Shown here one piece after another: positions 49,883-59,760 of a stretch of 64,000 nucleotides of DNA (the first letter of the stretch is position 1; every line of letters begins with the position of its first letter). Below the pieces are notes generated by a model. The model was not told the origin of the DNA, made no database searches, and saw only the letters and a list, made by a program, of their open reading frames with translations. Position numbers and translations under genes: made by a program. This DNA is from Roseateles sp. (lineage in GTDB: Bacteria; Pseudomonadota; Gammaproteobacteria; Burkholderiales; Burkholderiaceae_C): positions 19,621-83,620 of the forward strand of contig JAYSCT010000002.1 in assembly GCA_041914785.1 (NCBI GenBank). Direction: 5' to 3'.

Positions 49883-52800
49883 TCAGTGGCCCTCCTTCTT
49901 GGGGGCGGCATCGTCGATGCCCGGGTGGAAGGCGTGGGCCGAGGCCTCGACCTGGGCGCGCAGCGCGGCGGCGCGGGCGCGGCGCTTCTCGGTGCCCTTG
50001 CGCAGCAGCGCGTAGAACACCGGCGTCAGGAAGATGCCGAAGAAGGTCACGCCGAGCATGCCGGCGAACACGGCGATGCCCATCGCGCGGCGCATCTCGC
50101 TGCCGGCGCCACTGCCCAGGATCAGCGGGATGACACCGGCGCAGAACGCGATGGACGTCATCAGGATGGGGCGCAGCCGCAGGCGGCAGGCCTCGATGAC
50201 GGCGTCCGCCACCGAGCGGCCGTGCTCCTCCAGCTCCTTGGCGAACTCGACGATCAGGATGGCGTTCTTGCACGCCAGCCCCACCAGCACCACCAGCGCC
50301 ACCTGCGTGAAGATGTTCAGGTCCCCCGCCTGCATGAACGGCGGGAAGTGCGACAGCCACACGCCGAACAGCGCCGACAGGATGCACATCGGCACGATCA
50401 GGATGATGGCCAGCGGCAGGCTCCAGCTTTCGTACTGCGCGGCCAGCACGAGGATGACCAGCAGCACCGAGAACGCGAGCACGGCGGCCAGCGTGGGCAC
50501 CTTGATGCCGGTGCCGGGCAGTTCGACGTCGCGGGTCAGGCGGTCCTGGTAGCTGAGGTCGGTGAACTCGTAGCTGAAGCCGCGCGGCAGCGTCTTCAGG
50601 ATGCGCTCGATCTCGGCCTCGGCCTGGCCCGACGAGAAGCCGGGCTTGGGCGCGCCGTTGATGTCGGCGGCGGGGAAGCCGTTGTAGCGCGTCACGCGCG
50701 TGGGGCCGAAGGTGGGCTCCACGCTCATCAGCGAACCCAGCGGCACCATGTCGCCGCCCTCGTTGCGGGTCTTGAGCTGCACGACGTCCTCGGCCTTGGC
50801 GCGGAACGGCGCGTCGGCCTGCACGATGACCTGGTAGGTCTTGCCGAACTTGGTGAAGTCGTTGACGTACAGCGAGCCGAGGTTGATCTGCAGCGTGTCG
50901 TAGATGGAGGCCAGCGGCACGCCCATCTGCTTGGCCTTCACGCGGTCGACGTTGGCGAACAGCTGCGGCACGTTGATGTCGTAGTTGGAGTACGGCGTGC
51001 CGATGCTGGTGTTGGGGTTGCCGTAGATCTGGCCCAGCGAGCCCCAGGTGGCGCCGTACAGCGCCTGCTCACCCTGGCTGCTGCGGTCCTGCACCTGGAT
51101 CTTGAAGCCGCCCGCGATGCCCAGGCCGTCCACCGGCGGCGGCGGCACGACGAACATGCGCGCACCCTGGATCTGCTGGATGGCGCCGTTGACCTGGCCG
51201 AGGATGGCCTCCTTGCTCAGCTCGCGCGAGGTGCGCTTGTCGAAACCGTCCAGGCCGAAGAACACGATGCCTTCGTTGGGCGAGGCCGAGAAGCCGGCCA
51301 CCGACAGGCCGGGGAAGGCCACCGAGTCGACGATGCCCGGCACCTTGAGCGCGATGGCGCTCATCTGGCGGATCACCTCCTCGGTGCGGTCCAGGCTGGA
51401 GCCGGCGGGCAGCTGCGCCACGCCGATCAGGTACTGCTTGTCCGGCGCGGGCACGAAGCCGCTGGGAATGCGCGTGAACAGCAGCGCCGTGGCGCCCAGC
51501 AGCAGCGCGTAGACCACCAGCGCGGCGCCCTTGCGCTTGAGGATGCCGGTGACGCCGCGTCCGTAGTCGCTGGAGCGGCGCTGGAAGAAGCAGTTGAACC
51601 AGTGGAAGAAGCGGCCGAACAGCTTGTCCATGACCACCATCAGGCGGTCCTTGGGCGCGTCATGCGGGCGCAGCAGGATGGCCGCGAGCGCCGGCGACAG
51701 CGTCAGCGAGTTGAACGCCGAGATCACCGTGGAGATGGCGATGGTGACGGCGAACTGCTTGTAGAACTGGCCCGACAGGCCCGGCACCAGCGTCAGCGGA
51801 ATGAACACCGCGCACAGCACCAGCGCGATGGCGATGATGGGGCCCGAGACCTCCTGCATCGCCTTCACGGTCGCCGCATGCGGCGTGAGGCCGTCCTGGA
51901 TGTTGCGCTCGACGTTCTCGACGACCACGATGGCGTCGTCCACGACGATGCCGATGGCCAGCACGAGGCCGAACAGCGTCAGCGTGTTGATGGAGAAGCC
52001 CAGCAGCAGCAGCACGGCGAACGTGCCGACGATGGACACCGGCACGGCCACCAGCGGGATGATGGACGCGCGCCAGGTCTGCAGGAAGATGATGACGACC
52101 AGCACCACCAGCGCGACGGCCTCGAACAGCGTGTGCACGACCTTCTCGATGGAGGTCTGCACGAAGCGCGTCGGGTCGTAGACGATGGCGTAGTCCACAC
52201 CCTTGGGGAAGCTGGGCTTGAGCTTCTCCATCGTCTTGCGGACGTTGTCAGAGATGGCCAGCGCGTTGGAGCCCGGCGCCTGGAACACGGCGATGGCGGC
52301 GGCCTCCTTGTTGTTCAGCAGGCTGCGCAGCGCGTAGGTGTTGGCGCTGATCTCGACGCGGCCCACGTCCTTCACGCGGACGAAGGCGCCGGTGCGCGGG
52401 TCGGTGCGGACGATGATGTTGCCGAACTCCTCCTCGCTGGCCAGGCGACCCTGGGCGTTGATGGAGAGCTGGAAGTCCGTGCCCTGCGGCGACGGCGACG
52501 CGCCGACGACGCCGGCGGCCACCTGCGTGTTCTGCTCGCGGATGGCGCCGACGACGTCGCCCGCCGTCAGGTTGCGGCCGGCGAGCTTCTGCGGGTCCAG
52601 CCAGATGCGCATCGCGTAGTCGCCCGCGCCGAAGCTCTGCACCGAGCCCATGCCGGGGATGCGCAGCAGGTCGTCACGCACGTTCAGCGTCGCGTAGTTG
52701 CGCAGGTAGAGCGCGTCGCGCGAGTTGTCCGGACTCACCAGGTGCACCACCATGGTGAGGTTGGGGCTGGACTTCTCGGTCGTCACGCCGATGGTGCGCA

Positions 52801-53170
52801 CGATGTCGGGCAGGCGGGGTAGCGCGCGGTTGATGCGGTTCTGCACCGCCGTCTCGGCGGCCTCGGGGTGGGTGCCGATCTTGAACGTGACGGTCAGCGT
52901 CATGCCGCCATCACCGGTGGCCTGGCTCTCGAAGTAGAGGACGTTCTCCAGGCCGTTGATCTGCTCTTCCAGCGGCGTGGCCACCGTCTCGGAGATCACG
53001 CGCGGGTTGGCGCCGGGGTACTGGGCGCGCACGACGACCTGCGGCGGCGCGACCTCGGGGTATTCCGAGATCGGCAGCAGCGGGATGGCCAGCGCACCGA
53101 TCAGGAAGACGAAGAGGGACAACACGGTCGCGAAACGCGGCCGGTCGATGAAGAAGCGTGAGATGTCCAT
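49883..53170 (-). CDS. HAE1 RND efflux permease (MexF/OqxB/BpeF-like)
   Basis: FFIDRPRFA, GIVVDDAIVVVENVER and RLRPILMTS motifs. Confidence 0.95.
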   Translation of the reverse strand: MDISRFFIDRPRFATVLSLFVFLIGALAIPLLPISEYPEVAPPQVVVRAQYPGANPRVISETVATPLEEQINGLENVLYFESQATGDGGMTLTVTFKIGTHPEAAETAVQNRINRALPRLPDIVRTIGVTTEKSSPNLTMVVHLVSPDNSRDALYLRNYATLNVRDDLLRIPGMGSVQSFGAGDYAMRIWLDPQKLAGRNLTAGDVVGAIREQNTQVAAGVVGASPSPQGTDFQLSINAQGRLASEEEFGNIIVRTDPRTGAFVRVKDVGRVEISANTYALRSLLNNKEAAAIAVFQAPGSNALAISDNVRKTMEKLKPSFPKGVDYAIVYDPTRFVQTSIEKVVHTLFEAVALVVLVVIIFLQTWRASIIPLVAVPVSIVGTFAVLLLLGFSINTLTLFGLVLAIGIVVDDAIVVVENVERNIQDGLTPHAATVKAMQEVSGPIIAIALVLCAVFIPLTLVPGLSGQFYKQFAVTIAISTVISAFNSLTLSPALAAILLRPHDAPKDRLMVVMDKLFGRFFHWFNCFFQRRSSDYGRGVTGILKRKGAALVVYALLLGATALLFTRIPSGFVPAPDKQYLIGVAQLPAGSSLDRTEEVIRQMSAIALKVPGIVDSVAFPGLSVAGFSASPNEGIVFFGLDGFDKRTSRELSKEAILGQVNGAIQQIQGARMFVVPPPPVDGLGIAGGFKIQVQDRSSQGEQALYGATWGSLGQIYGNPNTSIGTPYSNYDINVPQLFANVDRVKAKQMGVPLASIYDTLQINLGSLYVNDFTKFGKTYQVIVQADAPFRAKAEDVVQLKTRNEGGDMVPLGSLMSVEPTFGPTRVTRYNGFPAADINGAPKPGFSSGQAEAEIERILKTLPRGFSYEFTDLSYQDRLTRDVELPGTGIKVPTLAAVLAFSVLLVILVLAAQYESWSLPLAIILIVPMCILSALFGVWLSHFPPFMQAGDLNIFTQVALVVLVGLACKNAILIVEFAKELEEHGRSVADAVIEACRLRLRPILMTSIAFCAGVIPLILGSGAGSEMRRAMGIAVFAGMLGVTFFGIFLTPVFYALLRKGTEKRRARAAALRAQVEASAHAFHPGIDDAAPKKEGH

Positions 53171-53188
53171 GGGGCGTCCGCCTTGGGA

Positions 53189-54388
53189 TTACTTCGAGGC
53201 GGCGGAGGCCGGGGCGGGCGCCGGTGCCGGCGCGGCGCCGGGTTGGACGGCCGGGATGGGCATGCCCTTGTCATCCACCTTCAGCACCTGCGGCGTGACC
53301 GGTGCGCCGGGGAAGGCCCGCAGCAGGCCGTCGACGATGACCAGCTCGCCGGCCTTGACGCCTTCGACGACGCGCATGCCGTCGATCAGCGCGCCGGGCT
53401 TCACGGGCCGCGGCTGCACGATGTTGTTGGGGCCGACGATGAGGACCAGCTTCTGGGTCTGGTCGGTCGTGATCGCGCGGTCCGGCACGACGACGCCAGG
53501 GTAGGTGCCGCCGCCGCCCAGCTTCACGCGGGCGTACAGGCCCGGCGTGAACAGGCCGCCCTTGTTGTCGAACACGGCGCGGGCGCGGATGGACGCGGTG
53601 GCCGGGTTCAGCCGGTTGTCGACGAAGTCCAGCTTGCCGGTGTGCGGGAAGCCCTGTTCGTTGGACAGGCCCATCTGCACCGCCGTCTGCACCGGCTTGG
53701 CCGAGCGCATGTACTTGAGATAGGTCGCCTCGCTGGCATCGAAGTAGGCATAGACCTTGTCGCTTGAGACGACGGTGGTCAGCACCGGGTCGCCCACGCC
53801 GACGAGGTTGCCCGGCGTCACGTTGGCGCGCGACGTGCGGCCGCTGACGGGCGCCGTCACGCTGGCGTACTCCACGTTCAGCCGGGCCTGCACCAGCGCG
53901 GCCTCGGCGCTCTTCTGGTTGGCCTCGGCGCTGCGCAGCGCGGCGCGCAGCTGGTCGATCTCCTGCTGGCTGACCGCGTTGGCGCTGATCAGTTTCTCGG
54001 CACGGGCGAGGTCCGCCCTGGCCAGCTCGGCCTGGGTCTTGGCGGCGGCGATCTGCGCCTCGGCGCGCGCCACCTCGGCCTTGAAGGCGCGGGCGTCGAT
54101 GGTGAACAGCGGCTCGCCCTTCTTCACCAGCTGGCCTTCCTTGAAGCGCACGGCCTCGACCGTGCCGGCCACGCGGGCGCGCACCTCGACGGTGTCGGGC
54201 GCCTCCAGGCGGGCGGTGAACTCGTCGAACTCCTGCACCTCGCGCTGGGTGGCGGGCGCCACCGACACGGGCGGCGGGCCGCCGGCTCCGCCGTGGGCGC
54301 CGGCGCCATCCTGCTTCTGGCCGCAGGCGGCAAGGAGGGCAGCGGCAAGGAGGGGAGTGAGGGTCAGCGCCAGGCTGTGCTTCGTCAT
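53189..54388 (-). CDS. RND periplasmic adaptor (MexE-like lipoprotein)
   Basis: LAAC lipobox; EVRARVAG, APVSG and FVDNRL motifs. Confidence 0.93.
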   Translation of the reverse strand: MTKHSLALTLTPLLAAALLAACGQKQDGAGAHGGAGGPPPVSVAPATQREVQEFDEFTARLEAPDTVEVRARVAGTVEAVRFKEGQLVKKGEPLFTIDARAFKAEVARAEAQIAAAKTQAELARADLARAEKLISANAVSQQEIDQLRAALRSAEANQKSAEAALVQARLNVEYASVTAPVSGRTSRANVTPGNLVGVGDPVLTTVVSSDKVYAYFDASEATYLKYMRSAKPVQTAVQMGLSNEQGFPHTGKLDFVDNRLNPATASIRARAVFDNKGGLFTPGLYARVKLGGGGTYPGVVVPDRAITTDQTQKLVLIVGPNNIVQPRPVKPGALIDGMRVVEGVKAGELVIVDGLLRAFPGAPVTPQVLKVDDKGMPIPAVQPGAAPAPAPAPASAASK

Positions 54389-54466
54389 GGGGGGCTCCGG
54401 GTGCAAGGCGGCGACTGTAAGCAAATCACACGTTTTGCTGCAACCCCAGAACCTAAAGCCCGACCA

Positions 54467-54493
54467 TGCTGCTGACATTCTTTGTCAACAGCA
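54467..54493 (-). promoter_or_regulatory. efflux operon promoter -35 (TTGACA) inside an 11-5-11 inverted repeat
   Basis: TGCTGCTGACA-ttctt-TGTCAACAGCA; TTGACA on the minus strand at 54483-54488. Confidence 0.6.
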
Positions 54494-54505
54494 AAGAACT
54501 GTGAA

Positions 54506-56383
54506 ATCGGCATAGGGGACCTCCATCAGGAGGCGCCCCTGCCACACCACCCGGCATGCGGATCCGCACCGGGCGGTTCGAGAGCTTGAGGTCATGAGAG
54601 TCTGGGCAACCCCAGTCGGTCGAACCAGACGATGGTGAGCACTTGGTTGAGGGCTTTGCCGCTGTTGCGCCACCAGCGGCGGCCGTTGGCCGCCACCCGT
54701 CCCGCAACCTGCGGCGTCGCCCCCAGCCGGAGTAACTCCCGATGGATGGTAGTTCCGCGTTTCCACTGTTTGAGCTGGGCGGCTCGCAGACGGTGACGCA
54801 GCCATTCGTCCAGCTCGCGCCAGACTCCCGGTGTTTGCGCCATGCCGAAGTACGCCTTCCAGCCCAGCAGGTAAGGCCGCAGCCCTTGCACCACCTGCTC
54901 CATGCTGCGTCCGCCTGAGCGCCTTGTGAGCTGCCGCACGCACACCTTGAAGTTGTCCAGCGCCTTGTAGGCCACCGCACATTTCACATCGCGCCCTTTG
55001 GCCAGCCACAGCTCGTAGCCCAGGAATTTGCGCCCGAGGGCGCTGCACACCGCACTCTTGGCTTCGTTGATCTGAAGCTTCAGCTTGCCGTACAGCTTCC
55101 TGAGCCACGCCATCACCCGCTCACCAGCCTTGGTGCTGCCCACGTAGACGTTGCAGTCATCAGCGTAGCGCGCGAAGCAGTAGCCCCGCGCCTGCAGCGC
55201 CTTGTCCACCTCGTCGAGCAGTACGTTGGCCAGCAGCGGGCTCAGCGGCCCGCCTTGCGGCGTGCCCTGGGCGCGCTCCACCACCAACCCGCCATCCATG
55301 ATCCCGGCGTTCAGGTACGCGCGGATAAGCCGCACGACGGCTGCATCCGGGATGCGTCTCCTGAGCCGGTCCATCAGGATGTCGTGGTTGACCCGGTCGA
55401 AGAACTTCGCCAGGTCCACGTCCACCACCACGCGCTTGCCGGACTGGACGTACGCCCGCGCGGCTTTCACCGCGTTGTGCGCTCGCCTGCCCGGCCGGAA
55501 CCCGTGGCTGTGGTCGCTGAAGGTGGGATCAATCCGCGGTTGCAGCACTTGCAGCAGTGCCTGCTGGATCAACCGATCCGTCACCGTCGGGATGCCCAGC
55601 TCGCGCTGGCTTCCGTCCGGCTTGGGGATCATCACCCTGCGCACCGGCGTCGGCCGGTACGTCCCCGCCAGCAGCGCTTGGCGGATCTGCGGCCACTTCG
55701 TTTGCAGCAGGCGGTGGGTGTGCTCGATGTCGAGCCCGTCCACGCCTGCGGCGCCCTTGTTGGCCTTGACCCGCTTCCAGGCCGCTTGCAGGTTCTCTCT
55801 CGTCAACGCCGCCTCCAGCAGGGAGCCAGCCCCTGCCGTCGGCATTGCTGACCCTGTGCCCTGGTGTTCATGGGGCGGGCCGCAGGCTTCGTCGCTGGCA
55901 GGATCACGCCCGGCTTCACCGTGCGCTACGCCTGCCCGCCCGGATCGCTCCGGCATCTGACGCATGGCCTTTGACATTCCCAGGTCCTCGGTCACTTGCT
56001 CTCGTTCGGTCCTTCGCCTCTCGCTGGCGGCCTCGGCGGCCCCGCTGCCCGGCTACTACGACCTCTGCTGAGACCTCGCTCCGGCAATGCCGTCGGCCTT
56101 TCAGCCGCAAGGCGAGGCGTCCCCAGGTAAGAACGCACTCCTTCACTGCACCGCACGCCGGATCTACACCGCTTCGCCTTGATCACGAGAGCTTCGCGGT
56201 CTTTGGCCCGCTCGCCCTGCTCGGCAGTGCCTTCTATCCGGTTCTTGTTCATCGGCTCGCAGCTTCGCTCCACGCTTCCTTCCCACACTCAGTCACCCTC
56301 ATGCAGTTGCGCTTCGCTTCGTTCGCTGTGATCAACTTACGGCGGGACTTGCACCCGCAAGAGTGCGCCCATGCTGGGCGCAC
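54506..56383 (-). mobile_element. group II intron, class C (IIC), apparently full length (1878 nt)
   Basis: 5' GTGCG at 56383; domain V GAACCGCCCGGTGCGGATCCGCATGCCGGGTGGT; domain VI ending CCCCTATGCCGAT; starts right after a terminator hairpin. Confidence 0.92.
54592..55995 (-). CDS. ltrA: group II intron reverse transcriptase/maturase without endonuclease domain
   Basis: NKGAAGVDG, LGIPTVTDR, GTPQGGPLSPLL, RYADD and X domain GWKAYF; start at 55995 or 55977. Confidence 0.95.
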   Translation of the reverse strand: MTEDLGMSKAMRQMPERSGRAGVAHGEAGRDPASDEACGPPHEHQGTGSAMPTAGAGSLLEAALTRENLQAAWKRVKANKGAAGVDGLDIEHTHRLLQTKWPQIRQALLAGTYRPTPVRRVMIPKPDGSQRELGIPTVTDRLIQQALLQVLQPRIDPTFSDHSHGFRPGRRAHNAVKAARAYVQSGKRVVVDVDLAKFFDRVNHDILMDRLRRRIPDAAVVRLIRAYLNAGIMDGGLVVERAQGTPQGGPLSPLLANVLLDEVDKALQARGYCFARYADDCNVYVGSTKAGERVMAWLRKLYGKLKLQINEAKSAVCSALGRKFLGYELWLAKGRDVKCAVAYKALDNFKVCVRQLTRRSGGRSMEQVVQGLRPYLLGWKAYFGMAQTPGVWRELDEWLRHRLRAAQLKQWKRGTTIHRELLRLGATPQVAGRVAANGRRWWRNSGKALNQVLTIVWFDRLGLPRLS

Positions 56384-56411
56384 CAAAAGAAAACCGCCCG
56401 AGGGCGGTTTC
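56384..56411 (-). terminator. Rho-independent terminator of the POT gene and intron target hairpin
   Basis: minus strand GAAACCGCCC-tc-GGGCGGTTTT-CTTTTG immediately before GTGCG. Confidence 0.85.
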
Positions 56412-56441
56412 GTCAGGCCGGCCAAGCCGGTGCAGGGCGGA

Positions 56442-58007
56442 TCAGTGAACGCCGTGCATCCACTTCTTCATCAGCGGCGTCATCGCCATCAGCACGACAC
56501 CGGCGCCGATGGGAATGATCGTGAAGATCAGGAAGAACACGGACATCGAGTACGTCGACGAGATCTGGTCGATGTAGGAGCCCGTGGAGCCGGCGATCTT
56601 GTTGGCGATGGCGGAGTTCAGGAACCAGACGCCGAACATCAGGCCCAGCAGGCGCGTCGGCGCCAGCTTGGAGATGTAGGACAGCCCCACCGGCGACAGG
56701 CACAGCTCGCCCATGGTGTGGAACAGGTAGGCCAGCGTCAGGAACATCATGCTGACCTGCGCCGTCTTGGCGCCCTGCGGGATGCCGGCCGAGCCGTACG
56801 ACAGCACGGCGAAACCCAGGCCCAGCAGCACCAGGCCGACGCCGAACTTGACCGGGCCGGACGGGTTCCAGTGCTTCTCCCACATCTTGGAGAACATCGG
56901 CGCCAGCACGACGATGAAGAAGCTGTTCAGCACGCCGAACCACGTGGCGGGCACCTCGCTCTGGTCCATCGCGAACTCGCGGCCCAGCATCCACAGGCAC
57001 AGGCCCCAGATGATGGCGAAGGCGACGGCCAGCGACACGTTGGCCAGCGCGTACTGGCCGCCGGTGGAGCGGTAGAGCTTGAACAGCAGCCAGGTCAGGA
57101 TGGCCGCGGGCACCAGCGTCATCGCGGTGTTGACGATCTTGAACGCGAGGCCGGCCGTGCCGACCAGCGTGCGGTCGGTGTAGTCGGCCGCGAAGATGGT
57201 CATGGAGCCGCCGGCCTGCTCGAAGGCGAACCAGAAGAAGATCGTGAAGAACGAGAACACGAAGATGGCCTTGAGCCGGTCGGCCACGACGTGCGCCGGC
57301 GTGTCGTCCAGCTTCTGCTCGACGACCTTCTTGGCGGCGTCGATCTTGTCGCCGATGGTCCCGAACAGGCCCTGGCTGAGCCAGAACTGGATGGCACCCA
57401 GGATCATGAAGATGCCGGCCAGCCCGAAGCCGAGGTTCCAGGAGATCTTCTCGCCGATGTAGCCGCACAGCGAGATGCCGAAAAAGGCACCGGCGTTCAC
57501 GCCCATGTAGAACAGCGTGTAGCCGCCGTCACGGGCGCCCTCGTTGTCCTTGCCGTACAGCTGGCCGACGATGGCCGAGATGTTGGGCTTGAACAGGCCC
57601 GTGCCCAGCACCACGAGGCCCAGGCCGGTGTAGAACATCGGCACCGTCTCCATGAACAGCGCGATGTGGCCCGCCGCGATGATGAAGCCCCCCAGCAGCA
57701 CCGAGCGCCGCGTGCCCAGCAGACGGTCGGCCACGTAGCCGCCGAGGATGGGCGTGAAGTACACGAACATCGTGTACCAGCCGTACAGGTTGGTCGCATC
57801 CGCCCGGCTCCAGCCCCAGCCGCCCTTGCTGGCCTCGGTGACCAGGAACAGCACGAGCAGCGCGCGCATGCCGTAGTAGGAGAAGCGTTCCCACATCTCC
57901 GTGAAGAAGAGGACGAAGAGCTGGTTGGGCTGGCCGAGGATGGTGGTGGCCGGCGTCGCGGCTGCCGCGCGGCCGGCCGGATGGGCCGTGGTGGTGGGGG
58001 TGGTCAC
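56442..58007 (-). CDS. POT/PTR family di/tripeptide:H+ symporter
   Basis: EMWERFSYYGMR (ExxERFxYY), GTGLFKPNIS, FYMGVNAG and GELCLSPVGLS; GTG start inferred. Confidence 0.93.
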   Translation of the reverse strand: MTTPTTTAHPAGRAAAATPATTILGQPNQLFVLFFTEMWERFSYYGMRALLVLFLVTEASKGGWGWSRADATNLYGWYTMFVYFTPILGGYVADRLLGTRRSVLLGGFIIAAGHIALFMETVPMFYTGLGLVVLGTGLFKPNISAIVGQLYGKDNEGARDGGYTLFYMGVNAGAFFGISLCGYIGEKISWNLGFGLAGIFMILGAIQFWLSQGLFGTIGDKIDAAKKVVEQKLDDTPAHVVADRLKAIFVFSFFTIFFWFAFEQAGGSMTIFAADYTDRTLVGTAGLAFKIVNTAMTLVPAAILTWLLFKLYRSTGGQYALANVSLAVAFAIIWGLCLWMLGREFAMDQSEVPATWFGVLNSFFIVVLAPMFSKMWEKHWNPSGPVKFGVGLVLLGLGFAVLSYGSAGIPQGAKTAQVSMMFLTLAYLFHTMGELCLSPVGLSYISKLAPTRLLGLMFGVWFLNSAIANKIAGSTGSYIDQISSTYSMSVFFLIFTIIPIGAGVVLMAMTPLMKKWMHGVH

Positions 58008-58152
58008 GTCTGTCGTTCCAAGTGAAACCGGGGGCGCGGGCGGTAACCCGCTGGAAAGGGCGGAATTGTCCGGTCTGGCGCCCGTAAACCCGGGGCCGGC
58101 CACCCAGGGATTGCCCTTGGTTCCTGGCGGCCGCGCCGCCCCGTTCAGGCGC

Positions 58153-58770
58153 TCAAAGCGCCGCGGCGCGTGACTTGCCGCCGCCGGACACCATCGCCTC
58201 GTCGCGCTCCGGCAGGATGTAGACCAGGCTGGGGCCGCGGCCCAGTGTGGGCAGCACGACGGCGTCGAAGAACGCCGGGTCGACGACCACGCAGCCCAGC
58301 GTGATGCGGCGCTCCTGCAGGTTGGCCGACGCCAGCCGCTCGGGCCGGCGCTCGCTCGCGGGCGCCGGGCGCAGGCGATGGATGGCGAGGTTGGCCGCGT
58401 AGTCGAACCAGACGACGCGTTCGCCGCTGAGGTTGCGCCCGGGAACGGCCTCGAAGCGGCCGGCCGGCGTCACCCGCTCGGCGGGGCCCAGGGCGCTGGG
58501 GGCCTTGCCGCGCGCGCTGGCGGGCTCGCGGTCGCCGGGCGTCAGACCCAGCAGCGTGCCGGTGCGGCCAACGAGGCGACCGTCGGCCGTGTAGACGGCC
58601 AGCGTCGCCCGGCGCTTGTCGACGACGGCGAACGGGCGGGCATCCGCGGCGTCATGCGCAACGGGCCGCGGCGACACCTCGGCCATGCCGGGCGCGGCCG
58701 ACATGGCGCCCCACGCGATCACGATGCCCGTGACACCGCCCCTGAACCGGCTTGCCCACCTGCTGCCCAC
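58153..58770 (-). CDS. L,D-transpeptidase-like (YkuD-fold) protein
   Basis: PFAVVDK, TPAGRF, AIHRL...ITLGCVVV His/Cys pair; start uncertain. Confidence 0.75.
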   Translation of the reverse strand: MGSRWASRFRGGVTGIVIAWGAMSAAPGMAEVSPRPVAHDAADARPFAVVDKRRATLAVYTADGRLVGRTGTLLGLTPGDREPASARGKAPSALGPAERVTPAGRFEAVPGRNLSGERVVWFDYAANLAIHRLRPAPASERRPERLASANLQERRITLGCVVVDPAFFDAVVLPTLGRGPSLVYILPERDEAMVSGGGKSRAAAL

Positions 58771-58876
58771 CTGCTACCCCATTCATGAAGGCAGGCGCGA
58801 CCACGCGCCTGCCCGGCGGGCAGTCTAGGAAGGCGGGACCGCGGCGCACAGCCGAGGACTTCACGGTTTGGCGTTG

Positions 58877-59725
58877 TTACCTTTTTGGGGCAGCCAGCTG
58901 GGCCAGTTGCGGCGCCGCGGCGGCGGCAGGAAAGAAGGCGGCCAGCGGCTCGCGCTCGGGCAGCACGTAGACGATGCCGCGCCCCTTGCCGATGTGGGGC
59001 CAGACGGCCTCGTCGAAGAACGCGACCGGCACGTTGATGCACCCCCAGCTGATGCGGTTGTCCGCAGCGGTCTGGGTCGCCAGGCGCTCCAGACGGCGCT
59101 CGGCCGGGTTGGTCGCACGCACGCGGTGCATGGAGACGGCGGCGTCGTAGTCGACCCAGACGACGTCCTCGCGCAGCGCATTGCGCCCGGGAGTCGACTC
59201 GAAACGCCCGGCAGGCGTGGTGCGTTCGTGAGGCTGGATCTGATTGATCGCCTTGTTGCCAATGCCCTCGACGCTGCGGTCACCGGCCGCGTAGCCCAGC
59301 AGCACCGGGCTGGTGCCGAGCAGCCGGCCGCCGGGTGCGAACACGTAGACCTGCGCACGGCGCTTGTCGACGATGGCGAAGGGGCGGTTGCCGTTGTCGG
59401 CCTCGCGCACGGCCCAGGCAGCCACCTGCGTCACGTCGCGCGGCGCGCTGACGCCGGCCAGGTCCAGTTGCCGCGGCAGGGCCGCACTGGCTGCACTGGC
59501 TGCACTGGCTGCACTGGCTGCACCGGCTGCCCGCAGCGCTGGCGCCGCGGCGACGGGCGGCGTGGGTGCTGGCGCTGGCGCGCTGCGCCGGAAGCGGTCG
59601 CCGGCGACGAGGTACAGCACGGCCATGGCGAGGGCGGCGAACAGCACGCCCTGCCCCAGACCGGTGAGCACGTCGCGCCGCCGGCGGGCGGCGGCGTCGT
59701 GCTCAGGAGGCGCGTCGGATGGCAT
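58877..59725 (-). CDS. membrane-anchored L,D-transpeptidase-like protein
   Basis: N-terminal TM, Ala/Pro linker, PFAIVDK, TTPAGRF and SMHRV...ISWGCINV. Confidence 0.8.
   Translation of the reverse strand: MPSDAPPEHDAAARRRRDVLTGLGQGVLFAALAMAVLYLVAGDRFRRSAPAPAPTPPVAAAPALRAAGAASAASAASAASAALPRQLDLAGVSAPRDVTQVAAWAVREADNGNRPFAIVDKRRAQVYVFAPGGRLLGTSPVLLGYAAGDRSVEGIGNKAINQIQPHERTTPAGRFESTPGRNALREDVVWVDYDAAVSMHRVRATNPAERRLERLATQTAADNRISWGCINVPVAFFDEAVWPHIGKGRGIVYVLPEREPLAAFFPAAAAAPQLAQLAAPKR
59484..59528. repeat. 9-bp tandem repeat (GCACTGGCT)x4 plus one variant copy
   Basis: encodes the AAS repeat linker of the LDT-like protein. Confidence 0.9.
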
Positions 59726-59760
59726 GGTGGTCAGCGCAGACGTCGCGCCAGGTCAGCCGA

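Noticed and set aside
54592-55995. RT as a retron, DGR or defence-associated RT
   Set aside because: It has a maturase X domain and is embedded in a canonical GTGCG...DV-DVI group II intron RNA.
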